A stretch of DNA of 61,651 bases from Hyphochytrium catenoides. Taxonomy: Eukaryota; Protista; Hyphochytriomycota. Below are positions 32,900 to 46,285 of the stretch, piece after piece (position 1 is the first letter of the stretch; every line of letters begins with the position of its first letter). The position numbers and the translations under genes are program-made. Where the stretch lies: contig FLMG01002395.1 of NCBI GenBank assembly GCA_900088475.1, forward strand, positions 1-61,651. The letters run 5' to 3'. Below the pieces are notes generated by a model. That model saw only the letters and a program-made list of their open reading frames with translations. It was not told the origin of the DNA and ran no database searches.

Positions 32900-35800
32900 G
32901 GACTAGGGGTGTCGGTGGTCTGGCTCTCTGTTTAGCTGCACATTTATCCTTGGCGAACTCCGTCAGAGATTATGCTCAGGGCCTTCACCTGTGACCGAAG
33001 GGTTATTAGGAGGCATCAATCTCCACCTATGACATACTGTGGTGGATCTACTTTGATGGATCTTGTAGAGGTATTTGATGTAAGGGCTCTCGGTTAGCGT
33101 CCAGATCAGTCACCACCTCGATTTGGACTTGAGCTTGCGAGGCCCTGTTTCCCAGAAGCCCGTCATGAGTCCCAACAACAGGTCCTCCGTTCAGTGCGGA
33201 GTCGATAAATATATGTATCTTTACATCGAAAGCAGAAGCTGATGTGTGTGTTCAGGCAAGTTGCTCCTTACCAGGCGTCGTCATCACTGAAAGTAAAGCT
33301 TCAAAGTGCAAAGGTCTTACTCGTACTAGGAAATGGGCCAACACTCTGTCCGATACCAGCTGGTTGAGAGGCGTACAGCTGAAAGATGTGGTTTGCCCAT
33401 CAGGATCAGCGGATGATGGACGAATGAGTGGAAGGAAGGGGAGATGCGAGTACAAAGTTGACCATCTCTGATACTGACTGATTGAAGAAGAAGGCGTGGC
33501 GACATCCAAAAATGTCAGGATCTCATAATCCGAGTTGCGAGGGAGTTCAATGGATCGTTCTCTCCTAAATGGATCAGCCATTCCCTCGGATCTAATAACT
33601 GTGGCTGATTTCTGCCCGTCTCTCCATTCCTCTACATAGACAGAATAATAGTCACGCCTTCTCCGGAGATCTTAATGATGTAACTTCTTTCATCACCTGA
33701 TTCTTGCACCGTCTCAACCAAACGGACATTGCACTTTCTCGGTGACGCCAACTCTCATCAGTAATGCTCCATTGCAAGCAGGAGAATCATTATTTAGTAC
33801 TGCATTGCAAGCAGGAGAAGTTTTACTAGCATATAACCAAGTTATATCCGTTGGCATGGTAGCTGGAAGAATTGACATCGATGATCTGGTTGGGAGTGTT
33901 GTTAGTGAGCATTGGTCGCCTCCTCGTGCTATTCGATAAATTGCCTCCTGCCTCTTGAGGACGGCTTATTCCTGAGCTATCTTTCGCAAACAGAGCATCT
34001 CTTGCAGGACGGAGAACTTTGGAAGGAGAAGAAGGGGTTTGCCAATTTGAGGTGTAGCGAGAATCCGCAAGGATGTTGAGATAGGAGTTGTTCTTCTGCT
34101 TGAGTTTCATTCTTGGCACCACTTGCGGCTGATCAAGGTCTAGAAATACTGATCTCCAGAGCTTGCTCTTCTAAAGGAACGTTGTGTTAGAGGATAAGTG
34201 TGTCACCTCCTCGGGTCTGGAAGTAGTATTCATCCGCAGCCAGCTCTGTAGAGGGTAAGTGAGAACATGTTAGCATCACATAGGGTGGGAAAACTTCCAA
34301 ATAACGGGCAGCATTAGCTTAAAAATCCTATAGAGAAGACCCAGGCAAGACTTCAAGATACGGTCATGGGTTGGGATATCAGCGAGGTGCCAGACCTGTT
34401 GGCCATCTGTCAGGGGCTCTCGCTATCGTCACCGTGCTGAGTTTATCATTTCTGCGAGTGCTGAGGGCGTCATAGTTCGGATGATAATCGCCAGAGACTG
34501 CGTCCTGCCGCTCTACTCTGGTCCTTGTCCTACTTTCCGGGCAGTTAACCGGCAAAGAAGAAGGTCGCGGACAAAGCACAGTTAAGGCTGGCAGGAGCCA
34601 CAGAGGAGAAAGTGCCACAAAGAAAGAAGAGCAGGGATGACAATGTCCATAGCCGACGCAGAACAACTACGAAGGGCGTAAAAGCATGACGATAACGTAG
34701 AATAGAGGGACCACAGTTTTGGGGAATAACATCGATGCCGAGGACTGTCCCTAACGCGAATAGCATCTGATAAGGAGGTTAACCTTTTCTGTTCCTTGTC
34801 GTAGTCCACAGAGCAAGGTACTCGCCTCACACTGCTGAGGCCCTGCTCGGCATTTGCTACATCATAAAGCGCGCTCTTGTAGCCCTCCTGCATTTCCACT
34901 TCGTCCCAAAGTGCCTCTTCTTCCTCCTTCCACCTTACGACGTGACTTAAGGTTACTCGTGGTTGATAATCTCAATATTCAAGAGACCTACCGTGGAGCC
35001 GCCTTCTCCATCCAACCTTTCTCCCTCCTCTTGTCCCGGCAAGTCCGCTCACCTGTTCCTCGTCCTTGGGGCTTGGCAGCAAACGGGACTTCAGTGACCG
35101 ACTCCTTATCCTGCAAGTCCTGTCAGTATTCTAGAACTTTTCTGGCCACTCTTATTTCACGCAGCTTCCGGTTCTGGCTTTGTTCAGCACTAGCATTACC
35201 TGCTTTTTATTCTCGGCCGTGTCCCTGCCCTGCATTCTGCCAAGATCGGGGACTCCTCGTACTCGCTGTTCCACGAGCTTGAACGAAGGTTCCAGGAGTA
35301 CTTCCTCTTTATCCGGTATCTCTGTAACGGAGTCTCCGTTTCTCCAACGAAGCGTACGCGAGAAGGATGGACCTTTGGTCTACCAGCCACGGCCCGGGCT
35401 AGGTCAGTTATTAGGAAGTGCTTGGGTACAAGAAGGCAGAGTACCTTTTGTTTATGCAACTGTTCCCCAGAGGTTGTATGATCCGAGAAAGAACTGTCAG
35501 GCGTGTTGGAGTCTTCCAGTAACGTATCATGGAGGCCCAACAACGAGAAGGTGTGAGATATGACACTGGGTCTCACAGCGCCAATGGAGGGAGATATCTG
35601 CAAAACGTCGCCTTCCCTTTCCTGGCGAAGGAATAGGAAAGAAAGCTTAGTCGTAGCGACCGGACCTGAGATAGACAAAAAGAGCACGGTAACTGGATGG
35701 TAATCTATCTTACCGAATCCTTAGACTCTATGGCGGCCGTGAAAGAAACCGGCCGTTGGCCATGAGGTCCAAAGTGTCCATCTCTGCCCGTCCGCTGAAA

Positions 35801-38800
35801 TGCAGGCAACCCGCAGAGCAATGGATGTATAAGATACGGAAGGGCACAGGTGAAGGAAGTCGAACTTTATATGAAGGATGGAGGGCCAGAGCGCGTAAGA
35901 AGGCAGAACGGCTCCAGGAAAACCCTTGAAACCCGAAAGGGTAAAGAAACAAAGAATCGAAGGGACATAGGTAGGCATTTCAGAGTTGGTGAGGTTGCCT
36001 TTTCCTGCTGCTTTCCCTTTACCTTTCCAAAGCTGTAAGCTGGACCATGGCGGAATTTGGACAATCTCCGGCTTAACATACTAAGGATCTTCCCCCCAAA
36101 ATAGTAGCCTGGTCCCCTAAGTCTTTTCTTCCTGCCCTCCTCTTCCAGTCGCTTCCAACCTTTTCCTTTCACTCTAGATACTTCCCTGCCTCGCTGCAGT
36201 TTCATAGGTTCTACCTGCGGGACCTGTTATCGGAGACCAAAGCAGGAGGAAGGAGGCCTGTTAAGTAGTGTAGACAGACAAAGGGGATGCGAGCTAGAGG
36301 CAGCGAGAAAGAGTAAGTGGAAGAACCAAACGGGACGTCAACCTTTGAGGCCAGAAGCCAAGGTTGATGAAAGGAGGTCTCGTAGTAATCCACAGGTAAA
36401 GAGGAGTTCCCTTTTGCCCGGCGACGCTCTGCGCTCTTGGCCATTCTACCGTGCGGGTGCGGATAGTAACGGAAGACCTGACAGAGACGGGTGATCAGTC
36501 AAGACGCTTTCATACTACATTACAGTCCATCTATCCCTGAAATAAGCGTGGGTCTGTCCTTACCGGCTTTCGACTCCTCCAAAATCTGGCATACAAAGAT
36601 CCAGCTCCACGATGGTTCTCTGTCTTCCTTGACTGTTGCTGCTGTTCACTCACTAAAGACAAAAGACTGATCAGCCTCACAGCCGAGCATACAGATGCTA
36701 TATATATATCCTAGAAGGTCCTTTTACTTCCTTGCCCAGTCATCTGATCCCTCCCTATGAAGCTCTTCCCCTGGCACATAGCTGGCATGCTATTCTCTTT
36801 CTCTCACCTGCATCGTCTACCCACTGCTGATGTCGTTGGCTCAGTAACCAGTCTCCGGCTCGGACGCCAAGCTTAAGACTAAGCTCTTCATACTTGGAGC
36901 TGTCGATGACTTGTCTATGCGTTCGCCGATAATCAGCGGCCAAGGAGTTTATGTGCTCCCTAAACTGTGGGACGCCTGCAACAATTGTCACAAGTTAAGA
37001 TATATAAAATGGGCAGATGCAACGTCCGGCGGGTGCGAAAAAAAGGTTAAGTGGGATCGCACAGGAGGACCATTAAGATATCTACTCGGTGCTGGTAGAG
37101 TGACAAGTCTTTGTTGGCTATCATACCTCTCACCCTGCGTTCCACCGCTCTGTGGCTAACGTGATAGCGCGTTGGGGACGGCAGATCTTGCACCGCCTTC
37201 GCCATGGGTCTGGTCTTGCTTTTGGGACGGATGATGACTGACGGCTGCCTTCTGCGCGTTGACAGCAATTCATCTCGCCTCTCGGCTTAGAATATCGCCA
37301 TATGTACGGTGTTAGCCATAGACATAACAAAAAGGACAACAAGCGCACGTATTACTTGTCTCAGCTCTGACGGCTTCTCCCACAATCCCACTATAATGAG
37401 GCAGTGACCGGAAGTTCTTTCCATTTCGGTTGATGGTCTTCTGCAAACAGCGACAGGGTTGCCTACAGCAAGACGAACACGGTGGAATGCGAAGAGCGCT
37501 GATCCGCCTACGTATGAGCTTGTCGGCAGCGTAGACGTCATAAGATCCGGGCCCTGCGTTTATAAGCAAGCTTCAGAACAGCTTCTCTTTTCTCTCTTCC
37601 TGCCTTAGAGTTCCCAAACAATCTTCAAACTCTATCCGTTCTTTACATGTCCGTTTGCTTGTCTGTGGGAATCTTCGCTATTCTGGCCTTGTAAGCCGCT
37701 CTCTGCTGGCCCACAATCCCCCTCTAGCACTTTTGATGTCGGCGATGCGTGGCGGTCTACCATCACTTACCTGTTCTAGAGCGGACTCTGCTAATTTGTC
37801 GTTTTTGCTTGTTTCCCTTTATAACAGCGCTGGAAGGTCGCAACCTGGTCCACTTGAAGTTGGGTTGATAATATCCTGGGCCCAAATGTTCCGAGAAATG
37901 TTTCTTGGCCTCATGCTGGCGTTTAAGCGCTAGCTGTCGACCATTCTACAGAAAGGCCAGTTGCTCCTCTTAGCTAATGATGGAGAAGTAGAAAGCTCCC
38001 TTGAAAGGGTGATAACGCTCTCGGCTGGTCAGAGACGGCGATCGTAAAGCAGCTTACCAGTGCCGTTTGTGGTCGGAATAGGAGTGACTGGGCTCCGGTT
38101 CTGTTACTTAGTAATCTATCATTAGCCAATGACGACGTGGTTGAGCTGTGCGCCGAAGCAGGCTCCATTGCTCTGATCATCTCTAAGACTTCCTCCGGAG
38201 TCCACCTGCTGCTTCTCTTCCTAGAACCGCTACCTTGCGCCTTAGAATCTGGACTTTTCCAGGATTCTCTCAGCAATCTGTAAAAGGCGAGACGCGCCTC
38301 TATAGACCAGGTGTTCTTGTAGGTCTCCAATGAAGGAGGAAAGGGAGTATGACGTGGAAGACAGCCTCCTACAACTCTCCTGCTTGTCACGGTCTTGAGG
38401 CTGGTTAGACATTACGTTAAGAACGCCAGTGCTCTCTTGAAGCTGAGCTTACCTCTGGGGCCGACCTCTCTGTCGAACCGAGTGCTACAGGACCTTTCTT
38501 CCCTTGTCTCTCACCAAAGACGCTCCGGGGTGCCCTCGAGAAGGTCCCTCGCAGGTGATTGTTGTGTGGAAGTACCTTCCTAGGAGGGGCCTAACGTATG
38601 AATCAGCTTCAGTCACAGCTAAAATTCACGCAAGCATCAATGTCCGTACCCTCCTTGCCTGTCTAGGCATCAAGGCAGGTTCTGGACTTCTTTGAAAGGC
38701 AGAGGAACTGTGAGTATTTGAGGTACCAAGCGCAGCTGCACAAAATGTGGTGGCATTTAAAGTCTGTGCCACAACCTCAATCAAATCAGTGTGTACATTG

Positions 38801-40150
38801 GGCTCTTTACGTTCACCCTCTGCCTCTTCGTGACAAGGACAAGGACACTCCATGTGGCAAAGATCAGAGCATATATCACAGCAAAGAAGATCTTTCTGTG
38901 CGCCTTCCACGCCTTCAATCGCGCCATTCTCGGCTAATAAGGAGCTGGATCGGCTTTTATGGCTCTTCTTATCATCGGGTTCCAATCTCCACTCGCCCGT
39001 AGTGATAGCTTCGGCCTCCTCGAGTTGGTGATGAGTAGCCGCGGATGGTCCATTGTTAGGAGGAGCAACAGGCTGATGACACAGACATTCGCACTTCATC
39101 CAACAGGTTGCATCACAAGGACAAGAATCGTCATCTGGTGCGCCACTTGGCAGGCTTGTGCCGTCAGCAGCAAGTAAAGAGTTCGCTGGGATGGTTTCGT
39201 TTTCTTTGTCCTTGACGGACTCGGATCGCATTCCACGTTCCTCCGTCTTGTTATCCCTGCAGCTCTGACCTGACTTTCTGTTTCCCCTGGGTCGTTGGGT
39301 TAGTCTGGACCCTGCGTGATTCTCCTGCCCGAATCGCGGACTTTCCCAATAAGACCCTGGCCCTGAACCCATTCTTCTCTCCAGCTGCCTGGCAATTCGA
39401 AGACTGACACTCTTATGGGCGCCATTTGTTTCTGCATGGCACGATGCTAACCCACCAGGCCCCAGTAGGGGCCCTTGGACCTTTCCATGTAAGTACTGGC
39501 CACGTAAATTCAAGGTAAGAGTCCAGCTCGTCAATAGCTGGAAGAGCTACCTACCTTGTAGCTTCTCTCGACATCCAAAGGAGCTGGATTCGTCGTTGAT
39601 GACACATTCGTGGCTCGATCTCCACGCCGAGCTCGCGAGAAGGAGAAAGCGGGTCCGTCGCCTGTAGATTCCCCTGGTCTTGGTCTTTTCAAAAGCTTTC
39701 CTGTCTCCTTCACAGCCTGTGATGTATAGAATTGGGTCAGGCTAGAGATACATCCGGTCAATCGTTGTTGGGAAACCTGTAACTTATCCCTTGTGGTGGA
39801 GACTCCAGGCAAGAGGGACCAAAGGCCAGTTATCTCTGCGTCAAGCTGGTCCAAAACGCTTCCAAGTTCCTCGGATACCCGCAGTAGATGATCCGGATCT
39901 ATCATTTCCAGCGCCACTGGGTGGTCGAAGCCCTAAACTCGCCTGTCTTCCTACTGAATGCTCCAAATGGCTCCTAGCTAGAGCTCCACCAGTTATTCCA
40001 AGGACGCTGCCGTGCCTAGCCTCCGAGGCAGGCTCTTGCGCATGGACCAAAAGTGACTCTCTAAAAGATTGTCTGGACCTGACAGCAGAGACTTGGCTCA
40101 GAAAAGAACAGGGCAGCGGGTGAGGCTCTCTAGTGCCTGGCCCCACGCGG
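32900..40150 (-). mobile_element. Highly degenerate non-LTR retrotransposon (LINE-like); boundaries approximate
   Basis: Minus-strand remnants in order: coiled coil (39917-39531), Cys-rich pair, Myb-like RWTPEE, RNase H-like (YDVYAAD..GGSA; SELRQVIRAL; AGVPQFREHINSLAA), APE-like (DYYET; YYFGGK; PTY; SFSDH), RT-like (FRRERS..LTFLDVA; GIGQ). Many stops and frameshifts. Confidence 0.55.
33150..33800 (-). pseudogene. Reverse transcriptase remnant
   Basis: PFRRERSIE...ILTFLDVATPSSSISQYQRWSTL resembles GFRxxRS...FLDxxKAFDSVxHxxLWxxL. AGIGQS follows in a shifted frame where GVxQG is expected. YADD is not intact. Confidence 0.5.
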
Positions 40151-42227
40151 CTTCACAGCGTATGAAGGGAAGTGTCTCAAGCTTTATAGAGAAGTCCACT
40201 AACTAATCCATCCATCAGAACCCACCTTTCCCTTCGGACGTAACGTTTCGGCAGGATCAGGAGCCGCTAACGGACAGAAGCTGCGTCCTTTCGTCCTTTC
40301 CTCTGTCCGAAATGCCACTGATCACGTCATCACCATCATCATAAGAAGAGGGATCACTTACTCCTACTAGTCTGTTGCTTCTTATCATGATGAGCACGAC
40401 GGGTCGAATGCTCGCTCTCAGAGATAGAGCAGCAGATCTGGTCGCGCGGCACTATCTCCTCTTCTTATTACTTCAATCAACAGGTACGCCATTGATGCTG
40501 AGACGGCTACCTTCTTGTGGCTGAGAACACTGTTAACAACAACGGAGAGATGCAACACTGTTCGCCGGAAGAATGAGTGATGACCAGAGGCTATTTTTGT
40601 CACTGCGTGCTGCAGAGCAGAGCATATGAAGATAGACGGCGCACTGACTGACGGAGGTTTATGGATGACGACGAGTAGGTTGTTGGCAGTCTAAGCCAAG
40701 GAAACACGGGCAAACCGAAGTGCCATATGATGGGGCCTAAGCTGCGTCTTTTGAATGTTGGTTGCCTGAAGGGGGCAACAGGGGGCAGAAGGGAGCCTCT
40801 CTCGCTTCCGGAAGTACATGACCTTCGGTCGATTACAGCCTCTTCTGGGCACTCTAAAACAGAGTAGCACATGCCCCTTATCCTACCCGCCTGTGTAGAT
40901 AAGATAATGAAGAAGGATGGAGGCAGGAAAGTGTAGTTCTAGATGACGTAAGTTAGGTACGGGACATTGGGAGAGCTGACACATCTATCAGTCCAATTTG
41001 ATGACTAAACGGTTTAGCAGGCCCCGATGGAGCTACCTGCATTCTAAGCAGTCTTATACGAGGCAAAGTCGCTTTATCCAGATTTGCCGTAGCTGCCAAC
41101 AGAGCGACTTAAAGGATGTATCAGTGATCTTCATAAGAGCTCCTTCATCATGCGTAACTGGTCAAGCCGCCTAATGAATATTAGCACTGCTTTTAAACAA
41201 GTTCAGCTAACGAGGAACTACTTCGTAATGATTGGCGTACTATCGTGCATGTGTTCCCGCCCACCCTGTCTTCTTGTGTTATCTATCCAAGTTCGGTAAG
41301 TGTAGACACCTCACATTGGTAAGACTCAGTTCGTGCTTTGACTGATCCTTTGCTTGGCGATAGTAGGTGCTAGAGCATCAACCTTCATAGGCCTGACACA
41401 GCCCTTCTAGCCGTAGAAAATGCCATCGTTCATTGTATAATGTTAATAAGAGAGGCAGATAATACTACTCCTCTCTATTAAAGGCCTTTCAACAACACCT
41501 CGTGCTCTTGGCCAACAACACCTCTCCACGATAATGAAGCCTACAGATCATGGGACGTCAAGGAGGAACTGACCCACTGTGCTCCACTGGTAGCAGACGA
41601 TGGTCAAGCCCTAGTTCATCCCTCGACGCATAGGCATCTTCATCTGTTTTGCAGTCTGCCTGTCTGGAAGGGAGAGGTATGATCGAATGTGAAGAGTGAG
41701 TGTACTTAATGGCTAAAGAGCTGGCTCTCTCTCTTCTCCCACTCTGACGGACAAATAACCGACCGCGTTTGCTGATGGTTGGACAGAGATCTCAGGGCAG
41801 ACACAACAAACCCAAACAGCAGGGCAGAAGAGTGTGTAAGCGTCACAACTCGAGGAGAAAGAGCTTGAAGAGATATTGTGATAATAAGTAAATCTGAGGC
41901 ATATGCTAATAGTATGCCAAACGCCGGACAGGTAGAGTGAGTTGAGACATGGCCTGACGACAAACGTGGCTGTTTGTTGGGACGTTAGTGACCGGGTTTG
42001 AAATCCACATTTCTTGCCCTGTGGTCAATTCACAGCCGGGACGACCCTAGAGGAGGCAAAGAACTAAGGCTACAAAGTAAGCGGCAAATTTTACAAATTG
42101 GATAATGTGAATTATCTCCCGAAATGAATCTGTTGGCCTCCATTTTTCACAAATGGCGTTGTGAATGTAAGGACTGACGATGCGGGTTTTAGAAGCCAGA
42201 TAAATAAGTGTGAAGAGAGGCAGACTG

Positions 42228-42346
42228 CGAGAGAGAGAAAGAGAGAGAGGTGAGAAACCGCAGCCAGAGAAACAGAAGGGGAGAGAAACAGACAGAGTTG
42301 TAGAGAGAGTGGAAGGGAGAGAGAGAGAGAGAGATGAGAGAGAGAG
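42228..42346. repeat. GA-rich simple repeat
   Basis: (GA)n-rich tract. Similar tracts lie near 31900-31990, 60465-60485 and (CT) 61230-61320. Confidence 0.85.
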
Positions 42347-42725
42347 GACATTCAGGTTCCCACAGATCAAACTGGACCTTCAAAAAAGCATTCGACTGCT
42401 TGTAATCTTCTGCTGCTCACATCTCGCTCGCGGTCACGCGCGCACCAGCTTGGCGAGAAAACTCAGATCAGGAAATTGATTGCTCTGTTACCGACGCCGA
42501 CGTAACCGCACTGTTTCGCTCCCTCGGCTTCTGAGGGTCCACCATCATCGCGAGGCGGCGTGTAGAGCTGAGTTGAGGTCACGCAGCTTTAGACGTTCAT
42601 ACATGACGCTCCAGGCAGTGCAGCGTATATTTTGACTCTCTCTGCTTCTATATGTCTGATGGCTGCAGCTAGGAAAGCAACCAGGTAGAATGTTTATAGC
42701 TGAACGGCGAACCGCCAACCTGGCA

Positions 42726-44242
42726 ATGGACAATCCCTATCGTGAGCGGAGCTTTCCATCCAATCATTATCCTGGCACGAAAAGTCCTAACAGTTACCAT
42801 GATCAAGAACAAGATGACGCTCTGACTGGAGGGAAGAATGGTTCCATGTCCAGAAGACCGAAGACTCATCCCTGCACCTTCGAGGGATGCGGGAAGAGTT
42901 TTGACTCCAAATGGGCCCTCGTCCGGTACGGATAGAACTATGAAGTGTCTCGGACTCGATATGTGACATCGACTGTCTTCTCCAACTTACGTTAGGCATG
43001 TTAGAACTCATACTGGAGAGAAGCCATTTCCATGTGAGCATCCTGGCTGCACCAAGTCGTTCGCAGAGAAATCAGCTATGACAAGGTAAAACCTCTGTAC
43101 TCCGAGTCTCAAGGGTGCGTTCAACTGACCTCTGGCGGTGCAACAGACATCTGCAGACGCACTCGTCTGCTAAGCCGTACAAATGTCATTATGAGGGATG
43201 TGGTAAGAGCTTCAAGGGGAAAGAGTACCTAGGTAAGCTGTTACCTTGGCGAGGATATAACGCTCAGTGCCCCATTGACGGAGATGTTGCTGCAGAATTT
43301 CACCTCAAGATTCACGCTGAGGGCAATCCATACGCCTGTCCACACCCCAGTTGTGCTAAGACGTTCTGCAGCCCTAAGAGTCTGAAAAAGCACATTCGCC
43401 TCTGGCACAATCCTGGCGGCAAGAGTACTTCAGTGTATGTTGTTTGGCCTTCTTAGTGCTGTCATCCTGGAAGGTTCTGTGTCATTTCATGCGATCGCTT
43501 CTTGCTAGATACGGACCGAGAAGCTTTACCTCTGTTAGTGCAGCCAATGTTACCCTAACTTTTCATCTAACCGATCCTCTCGATAGTGAGCAGCAGCTCC
43601 GCGAGCGCATTATCAAGATGACCAATAGAAATAAAGAGAAGCAGCAGAAGGCTGATGCGCTAGTGAAGGCGCTGACCATCCAAATCAAGCAGCTAAAGAA
43701 AGAAGTGGGAGCACTGAAGAGGCGACTTGGAGAGTAAGTCTTATTGCATATTATGCTTTTAGAGTAGAAGTTCTGGCAAGGAAGGCACCCCAGAGCGGGG
43801 ATTTGGAACATATGTGTCGGAGAGGAATACCATGAGGTTGAATGCGTAGGAGGGTGGGAGCATGTTGATATGGTCGGTGTATTATTGAGGCCACTTTGTA
43901 ATGGGAGGAGCAAAACGATCCTTCTTGAAGACACTCAGGACATTATCCCTCACGAACAGGCCCTACGAATCTGAAGAGGAAGAGGAGGACCTCGAGGGCA
44001 ACACACCGACGCAACCGGTACCATTCTACACCACCTATACCTCTCAGGTCCCTGAGCGCAATGGCGAAGTCCCAGAAGTAACAACGAAGAAGCAAGCCAC
44101 TGACGAGGAAGAGGACGACGAGGAGGATTTTGATGACGAAGACGATGAAGAGGACGACGAGGAGGGAGAGGAGGATATGGAAGAAGAAGAGGATGAAACG
44201 GATGCTGTCTCTAAGCCCGCTAAACGAAGTCGTCGCAGCTAA
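42726..44242 (+). CDS. C2H2 zinc-finger protein (4 fingers) with coiled coil and acidic tail
   Basis: [68 protein letters not shown]; coil [10 protein letters not shown]...[12 protein letters not shown]; D/E-rich end with basic [13 protein letters not shown] introns. Confidence 0.9.
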
Positions 44243-44501
44243 GGAGGCATGGTCCTCAGATTTAGCTTATTCCAGTCTGCAGCTACAGAACGATCTGTGC
44301 CTGTTCTAAGTTATATGCCATTGATTTATTTCTTACACCCACTCGTAGCCCCTTTACGCCTTATAAATAACGGGTGGCGGATGAATGAATAGATGAATAG
44401 TGTATGGCAAACACGCCATGGCTATGCGTAGAATTGGGGCCGGGAGACTAGAGATCTACCAAGCAAAGACTTCAATCGCTGGAAACAGATAGACGAGTGC
44501 T

Positions 44502-45520
44502 TCATGTCTGCTTCTTCGCCCAATCACCAAACATTAGTTCGTAGTCTTCAACCTGTCTCTGATCAAGCTATTCAGTATGAGGGAACGGGCTTTGAGACTC
44601 TAGCCTACAGGTTCTGTACCTGCAGCCTCTTATTCTCCTCAAGCAAGCGTAGAAACTCACTGGCTTGATTATCTGTCTGTCTCTTGACAGCGCTGAAGTA
44701 TAGAAGGGTTAGAGTACCTCAGTATCAATAAGGGTAGGTACAGGAAGATTGAAGTTGAACGCTCGAAGAGAGTAGAAAGCACCAAGGATAATAGAGGTAA
44801 GAAAGGAAGAGCTGAGAATGTAGTCACACTGAACCTGATCTCCACATCGTGCCGTCGGACTTCATCCTGCGCCCCGACCAAGCTCAGCTCCAAGCCTTTA
44901 GAAAAAGCTTCTGCTGCGGCTTTATACTGTAAGACAAAAGGCGCCGGTTAGCATCCGCCCTTGGACTCAGTTGTCCATGAACGTACCCTGCCGAGTGCAT
45001 ACAAAGCCTTTCCTTTCCGAGAGTAACCCTTAGCCCATCCTGGGTCTTGTCCTATGGCTCTCTCTGCGTCTTCAAGTGCTGCCTTCCACTTGCCTATGGC
45101 CGCAAATGCGGCCTGGATTAATAGGGTTGGACGTAGTTGTGCCATTCTGATGAGTTGATTGTTGAGAGTTTGAAGCTACAGTGACCTCACCGATCTATTA
45201 CTAAATAACACTGCAGACGGCTCATGGTCAATGCCAGCTGAATAGAGCTCAATCGCGAGCTCAAAGTTCCGGTCCTTGAAAGCTGCGTTACCGCTGCCAC
45301 GTGCCAGAAATCGGCGACCATTAGCCTCCAACTCACTCGCTCTGTTGGACTATCGGTGCTAATCTTACCTCTCCTTCCACTTTGAGTTGTCTTGGCTTGC
45401 AGGCTTGAAGCTGCCTTCAGGGATGCTTCTATTGCTTGTTTGCGGAGCAGAACCAGATAACTCCGCAGATAACCCCGAGTCGGACGACTGAGCTTCCGAC
45501 GACCCGAACAGCCAATTCAT
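44502..45520 (-). CDS. TPR protein (STI1/SGT-like three-TPR unit) with short C-terminal coiled coil ending KKQT
   Basis: Spliced reconstruction: MNWLFG...KWKESGNAAFKDRNFELAIELYSAGI...LFSNRSAAFAAIGKWKAALEDAERAI..DPGWAKGYSRKGKALYALGRY..A..AFSKGL...AVKRQTDNQASEFLRLLEENKRLQ..VEDYELMFGDWAKKQT*. Confidence 0.8.
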
Positions 45521-46285
45521 GAGCTATATTAAATCGATTTTTAGGAAGACCGAAACCTAACGACGACGAAGCCACCTAGATGCGGCCTAGTGCTAAAGAG
45601 ATCAAAGGTGCCTACGAGGGCGGCGGGCCTCGGCAAGAGGCCAAGTTTTCAATCCCGATCCCGTCCTCCCACCGCATCCCAGCACGCAGATATATCCTGC
45701 TCACAGTGCAGCAATGGGAAAGCACACCCAATCTTCAAATGGCTTGCAAGTAGGGAGTGTCGACGCTCTTGATGGTGGGCAGACGGGAGGAGAAGCGAAC
45801 AGAAGGGCAAGCGTCATCTGCTCTACCCGCAGTTCTCCACGGTGATGTGAGTGATGAAGTGACGATGAAGGTCTGAAAGTTCAGACTTACTCCTACGATA
45901 ACTGACCAGCTCTCCCCCAGGAGCTGGAATGCCAATCCTAATCTTTCAGTGGTTTGGTCTCTGTCTGTACCTGGAGCTGTAGTTCTACCACTATACCAGC
46001 CTGCCAGGCTGCCAGGCTGAGCTTCCTCAGGCCATGGACGGACTCTTTCATCGGATCATTCACTCACACGCTAACAGGCCGTCAATTCTGAAGCTTTGCC
46101 TGTACTGCCCGTGCTAGGTGATGCAGACGTAACTGTGGCCTAGAGCATTAGAGTGAACTAGACAAGGGAACAGAATTGGAAGACTGTCTCAAGCGTTAAG
46201 TGACAGCCACTCATAGACTTCTTGCGGGCCCTTGACGCTCAGCTGAAGTGTCAGCATCTGGGACGCTTGCCTCTTAACCGGAGCC

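Noticed and set aside
42047-42479. Overlapping ORFs rich in S/L or R/E
   Set aside because: Artefacts of the GA/CT simple repeat.
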